Below, piece after piece: positions 59,711 to 64,000 of a DNA stretch of 64,000 bases (position 1 is the stretch's first letter; each line of letters opens with the position of its first letter). The position numbers and the translations under genes were made by a program. Origin of the DNA: Squalus acanthias (lineage: Eukaryota); assembly GCA_030390025.1 (NCBI GenBank), contig CM059443.1, positions 59,458,001-59,522,000 of the forward strand. Reading direction: 5' to 3'. The notes beneath the pieces are model-generated. The model saw nothing but the letters and a program-made list of their open reading frames with translations. It was not told the origin of the DNA and made no database searches.

Positions 59711-60954
59711 ATACTTATATTTATGGCCACTAGTTTTTTTAATACCCACCCATGGTTTTCTGTTCCACCACTCCTGCTGGTAATCCGTTCCACCTTTCTA
59801 TCAACCTCTCACTAAAAAATGTTGTCTTTGACATGCTTAACTTTAAACTGTGTCTCCTCGTCTTTGAATCAATAGGAGAAATTTCCAAGGTCTAATTTCT
59901 GTATAACTCTGAAAATTCTGACGATCTCCATTAAGTGTTCCCTCATCTTTCTGTTCTCAGGGTTGGCAATCTAAGCCATGCATCTGAGTTCAAGAATCCG
60001 CCTCGTAGCTCTCCTCTAGACTCGCTCGAATAACTCTACATCCTTTCTATAATACGGAGACCACAACCGAACGCAGTACGCCAGAAACAGCTCACCAGGT
60101 AGATTGCCAATTCAATCATATATGTACGAGAGTTGCACAAAATGTAACTGGATTCCAGAAGAACAGATGCCAATTCAAATGCCAACCAATGTGCAAATCC
60201 CTGATAACTGCAGCTTTAACAATACAGGGCTCCCAGTTACTTTAACATATTGGAAAAATATGACCAAATTAATACTGCTAGCATTGCATTGCAGTCATTC
60301 ATCGCATCGCTGTGATCTATGCTCAATCACTAGCACTTCATAAACTTTGCAAAGACAAGTTGAATATTCGTATGATGTGACATTAATTAGAACGAGATTC
60401 ATAGCTTCTGTGTATTCAATTGAACAAACACCATTTGGCAAGTTAAATACACTTTCTATGAGTTTTCATTAAAAAAAACTCATAGCCATTATCTGATCAT
60501 TTTTTCTCAGCTGCGTCTGCTGTTAATTTTCCTTGATAAATTAGGAATCAGTAAATCACTGTATTAATTACAGATTGATTTATAAATATTTTCAGTCTGT
60601 TCAACATGTTCATAAATTATGTACAAACATTATTAAGCAAAATAATGAAAAGGTATAATCAGGATTTACGAGAGCCTCGAGTCATTTTCTGGTCGTAGAA
60701 TTTTACAAATTGATCACCCGAAAATGTTCTTCCCGCTAATTGAAGAAATCAATTATTTTTTTGAATTCACTGCATCAGAACTGCATGTGGAAGCGCACAT
60801 GATCTAATCGCTCCTGGTGACAGCTCAGACTTTGTTAACACATTGTCTAATGAAGCTTTGTGGGGAGACTGTACTTTCAAGGCTGGATTAACAGCTGTCG
60901 AAAATCAGCAAACCAGCAATGCAACGACTGAAAATGCTTGGCGGGTGTCACTTC

Positions 60955-61430
60955 CGAATCACAGAATCGTGGAAGTTTTCGGCACGGAAGGAGGCCATTC
61001 GGCCCATCGTGTCCGCGCCGGTCGAAAAAGAGCTGTCCCAGCCTCATCCCACTTTCCAGCTCTTGGTCCGTAGATCCTGCAGGTTACGGCACTTCAAGCG
61101 CACATCCAAGTACTTTTTAAATGCGATGAGGGTTTCTGCCTCTACCACCCTTTCAGGCAGTGAGTTCCAGACCCCCACCACTCTCTGGGTGAAAAAAGTT
61201 CTCCTCAACTCCCCCTAATCCTTCTACCAGTTACTTTAAATCTATGCCCCCTGGTTATTGACCTCTCTGCTAAGGGAAATAGGTCCTTCCTATCCACTCT
61301 ATCTAGGCCTCTCATAATTTTATACTCCTCAATCAAGTCTCCCCTCAGCCTCCTCTGTTCCAAAGAAAACAACTCCAGCCTATCCAATTTTTCCTCAGAG
61401 CTAAAATTCTTCAGTCTTAGCAACATTCTG
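60955..61430 (-). mobile_element. CR1 family C 3' fragment
   Basis: LFSLEQRRLRGDLIE.YKIMRG. Confidence 0.9.
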
Positions 61431-62261
61431 CTATTTTCTACTTTGTTTACGTTCCAAGGTTACCACCCCCCCACACCCACCGCCTCCATCCCGCTCCCCC
61501 TACGTTCCCCCCCACCCCATTCCCCCCTCCCGTCCTTTTGAGACACTGTTGACAGACTTACAAATGGATTTGTACTTTGTCTTTTAATCTTCACATAAAA
61601 AGGATAATAAAACAGAGAATAATGGACACCTGGGAGTGATTGCGTAGGGGGATAACACACAGCCGGCAGTGAGTTGCGCGCACTACATTATGAGCTGAAA
61701 ACAAAGCTCACCTCGGCACCTCGACGTCTGTTCCTATCTTGGAGCAGACTCAGGAGTGTGTTATTCTTTATAATCTGCACAAATGCGATGTTGCTTATTA
61801 CTTACTGAGCTTTTTTATTGGCTGGCTGGGCGGCAACACAGCTAACAACAGACAGATGGCATCTATGATCAAATCATGTGACTGAGAAAGAAATTGAATC
61901 GCATTGCTTGGACAGCAGTGGTATCGGGATTTACGGCATTGGAGAATAGCTTAGTGTGTATACATTATAAGGTAGTAATTGAACCGAGGGGTTCAGATGA
62001 TATTGCAAACTGTTGAGAACAAAGCCAATGCTTTGATTTCCCTTATCCTGGCTTCACACTTGATGACATCCTGCACTAGAGGCGTGACCTTTCTCTTGTG
62101 TCTCTCAATCAAAAAAGTTTGCAACCGTCATCCGAACACCTTTGTTTTAATTTAGTCCCTTCAGGGTCGTCCCTTTTTTTCTTATATAGTCCATTAGAAC
62201 ATAAAAAAATCGAGATTGAGAGAATTCATTGAAGCTCATCCCTCTTGTACTCCAACTCACT

Positions 62262-63061
62262 GGGCTGGATTTTGCCAATGGGGAGCTTTTGGAGGCGGGA
62301 CTCCCACTTGTCGGGTTTTAGTCCCGCCTCCATCGACGTCCGGCCCACCCGCGCTATTTTCCCTTGATTGACCTTGTTAAGGCCCGCCCAGCGGGCTCAG
62401 CAGGCCAATTAAGGGGAAGCCGGTTACAGAGAACAATCAGCCTTTGACGTTTCATCTGTCAAAAATTTTTGACAGATGACTTGTCATCGTTTGACAGCTC
62501 TGTGAAGCTGTCAAACACTGACATTCTCTGTAGTTTGATGAGTTCTTGTATTCAAGACTCACCAAACCTATTTCCTGAGCAGAGAGCAGATGGCTGTTGC
62601 ATGGGAGAATGCAGCAGCCATTCTGTCATCTCTGCCGTGAGATGCCGGAGCCTCCAGATCCCCAACGATTGAAGCCTGCAGGAAGAAACAAAGGTAAGTA
62701 AACTTTTTCTATCACTTTTCACTCACCTCACATACTTACCTCTCCACACTTGCACTCCGAGCCCCGCAGACCCACTGCTCGCCTCGCTGACCCTGGCGGG
62801 GTTTCCCGACATCGGGTAGCCCGCACTTGCAGGGGTAAAATTGGGATAATCCTCTTAACTGCCTGTTAACTACCTGTGGCTGTAATCCCCTTCCCGCCTC
62901 GGGGAGGCGGCTCCCAGCGCGGGTCGAGTAGCCGCCTCCTGGGAAGATGGCACGGAGGCGGGTTGGGGGCAGGATGGGCACCCGCCCCCAGATTCTGCCA
63001 TTTTCTCGGCAGTCCCGCCTCCAAACCTGCCTCCCCAGGGCTGGCAAAATTCCCCCCCCCC
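62262..63061. mobile_element. Harbinger-type non-autonomous element
   Basis: GGGCTGGATTTTGCCA / TGGCAAAATTCCCC TIRs; colinear with 58872-59710. Confidence 0.85.
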
Positions 63062-63457
63062 TTAGACTGGCATTCAACTGTAGTTTGAATGATCCTAAAA
63101 TCTTCGAGTAAAAATGTTTTTTTTCTAATACACCTGTATTAAATATACTCTCCACTCATTTAAATTCATGTTCCCTGGTCCTGCTGGCTGGGCTAACCTT
63201 GAAGTAATAACCAGGGCTCGCCTGTGATACTTTCTATCTGTAAGTGAGGCTCCCTCTTAACCCGCTTCTCTCTAGGACGATGGAGATTGAGTTTCTCTAA
63301 TCTTTCCCCGTGGCCCCGTCCCGCTTTATACATGGACTCCTTCCTGTTGCTCTTTGCTGCATTCTCTCCAACATTGTTCACAGTATTTGGAGAATGGTCT
63401 CACCAGTGGGAAGCCTCAGAATAACTTCAGCTTATTCTGCCCTGGCTGCATCTCCTC

Positions 63458-63932
63458 ACATAGAAACATAGAAGATAGGAGCAGGAGTAGGCCATTCGGC
63501 CCCTCGAGCCTGCTCCGCCATTCGATGAGATCATGGCTGATCATCTAAACTTAGTACCCTGTACCTGCCTTCTCCCCATATCCCTTGATACCTTTAGCTT
63601 TAAGAAATATATCTAACTCATTCTTGAATATATTTAATGACTTGGCCTCAACTACCTTCTGTGGTAGAGAATTCCACAGATTCACCACTCTCTGGGTGAA
63701 GAAATTCTTCCTAATTTCTGTCCTAAATGGCTTACCCCCTATCCTTAGATTATGACCCCTGGTTCTGGACTCTCCGACCATCGGGAACATTCTTGCTGCA
63801 TCTAGTTTGTCCAGACCTGTCAGAATTTTATATGTTTCGAGATCCCCTCTCATTCTTCTATACTCCAGCGAGTATACGCCCAATCGACCCAATCTCTCCT
63901 CATATGTCATTCCTGCCATCCCAGGTATCAGC
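63458..63932 (-). mobile_element. CR1 family A 3' fragment
   Basis: 127-aa ORF, nearly identical to 8651-9129. Confidence 0.93.
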
Positions 63933-64000
63933 ACATTCCTTTTGATTTATCAATGACTTCTCCACATTGTCTCAACATTGAAAATAACAAGTCCACTGTT

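Noticed and set aside
61712-61775. 63-bp open minus-strand exon-like segment (IIKNNTLLSLLQDRNRRRGAE)
   Set aside because: Weak pyrimidine tract, no partner exon or homology; not distinguishable from chance.

Overview
Eukaryotic, repeat-dominated genomic DNA, most likely from a shark or other cartilaginous fish. This is inferred from abundant tRNA-headed Deu-domain SINEs of SacSINE1 type and shark-type CR1 and L2 LINE fragments. I found no intact host protein-coding gene, tRNA, rRNA or CRISPR array. Nearly all ORF-track entries are transposon fragments or shadow ORFs. Recognisable content: many 5'-truncated CR1 LINEs (one with a long RT-domain ORF at 46457-47398), L2 and RTE fragments, three SINE families, and a two-gene PIF/Harbinger transposon remnant (891-3683: DDE transposase plus a convergent, spliced Myb/SANT-type partner). 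There are also many Harbinger-type MITEs with 3-bp TSDs, a hAT-type MITE, two solo LTRs (9768-10535 has a perfect 5-bp TSD), and three short Penelope-like inserts carrying minimal hammerhead ribozyme motifs. The best leads are the hammerhead-bearing units (one is a retrozyme-like two-ribozyme chimera under a single TSD), a possible LTR-driven spliced transcript, a candidate promoter and first exon at about 11.7 kb, and a rearranged SINE cluster at 49.2-50.5 kb with a thrice-repeated unique tag. Repeat family names come from recalled consensus sequences, not database searches. Boundaries of decayed repeats are approximate.
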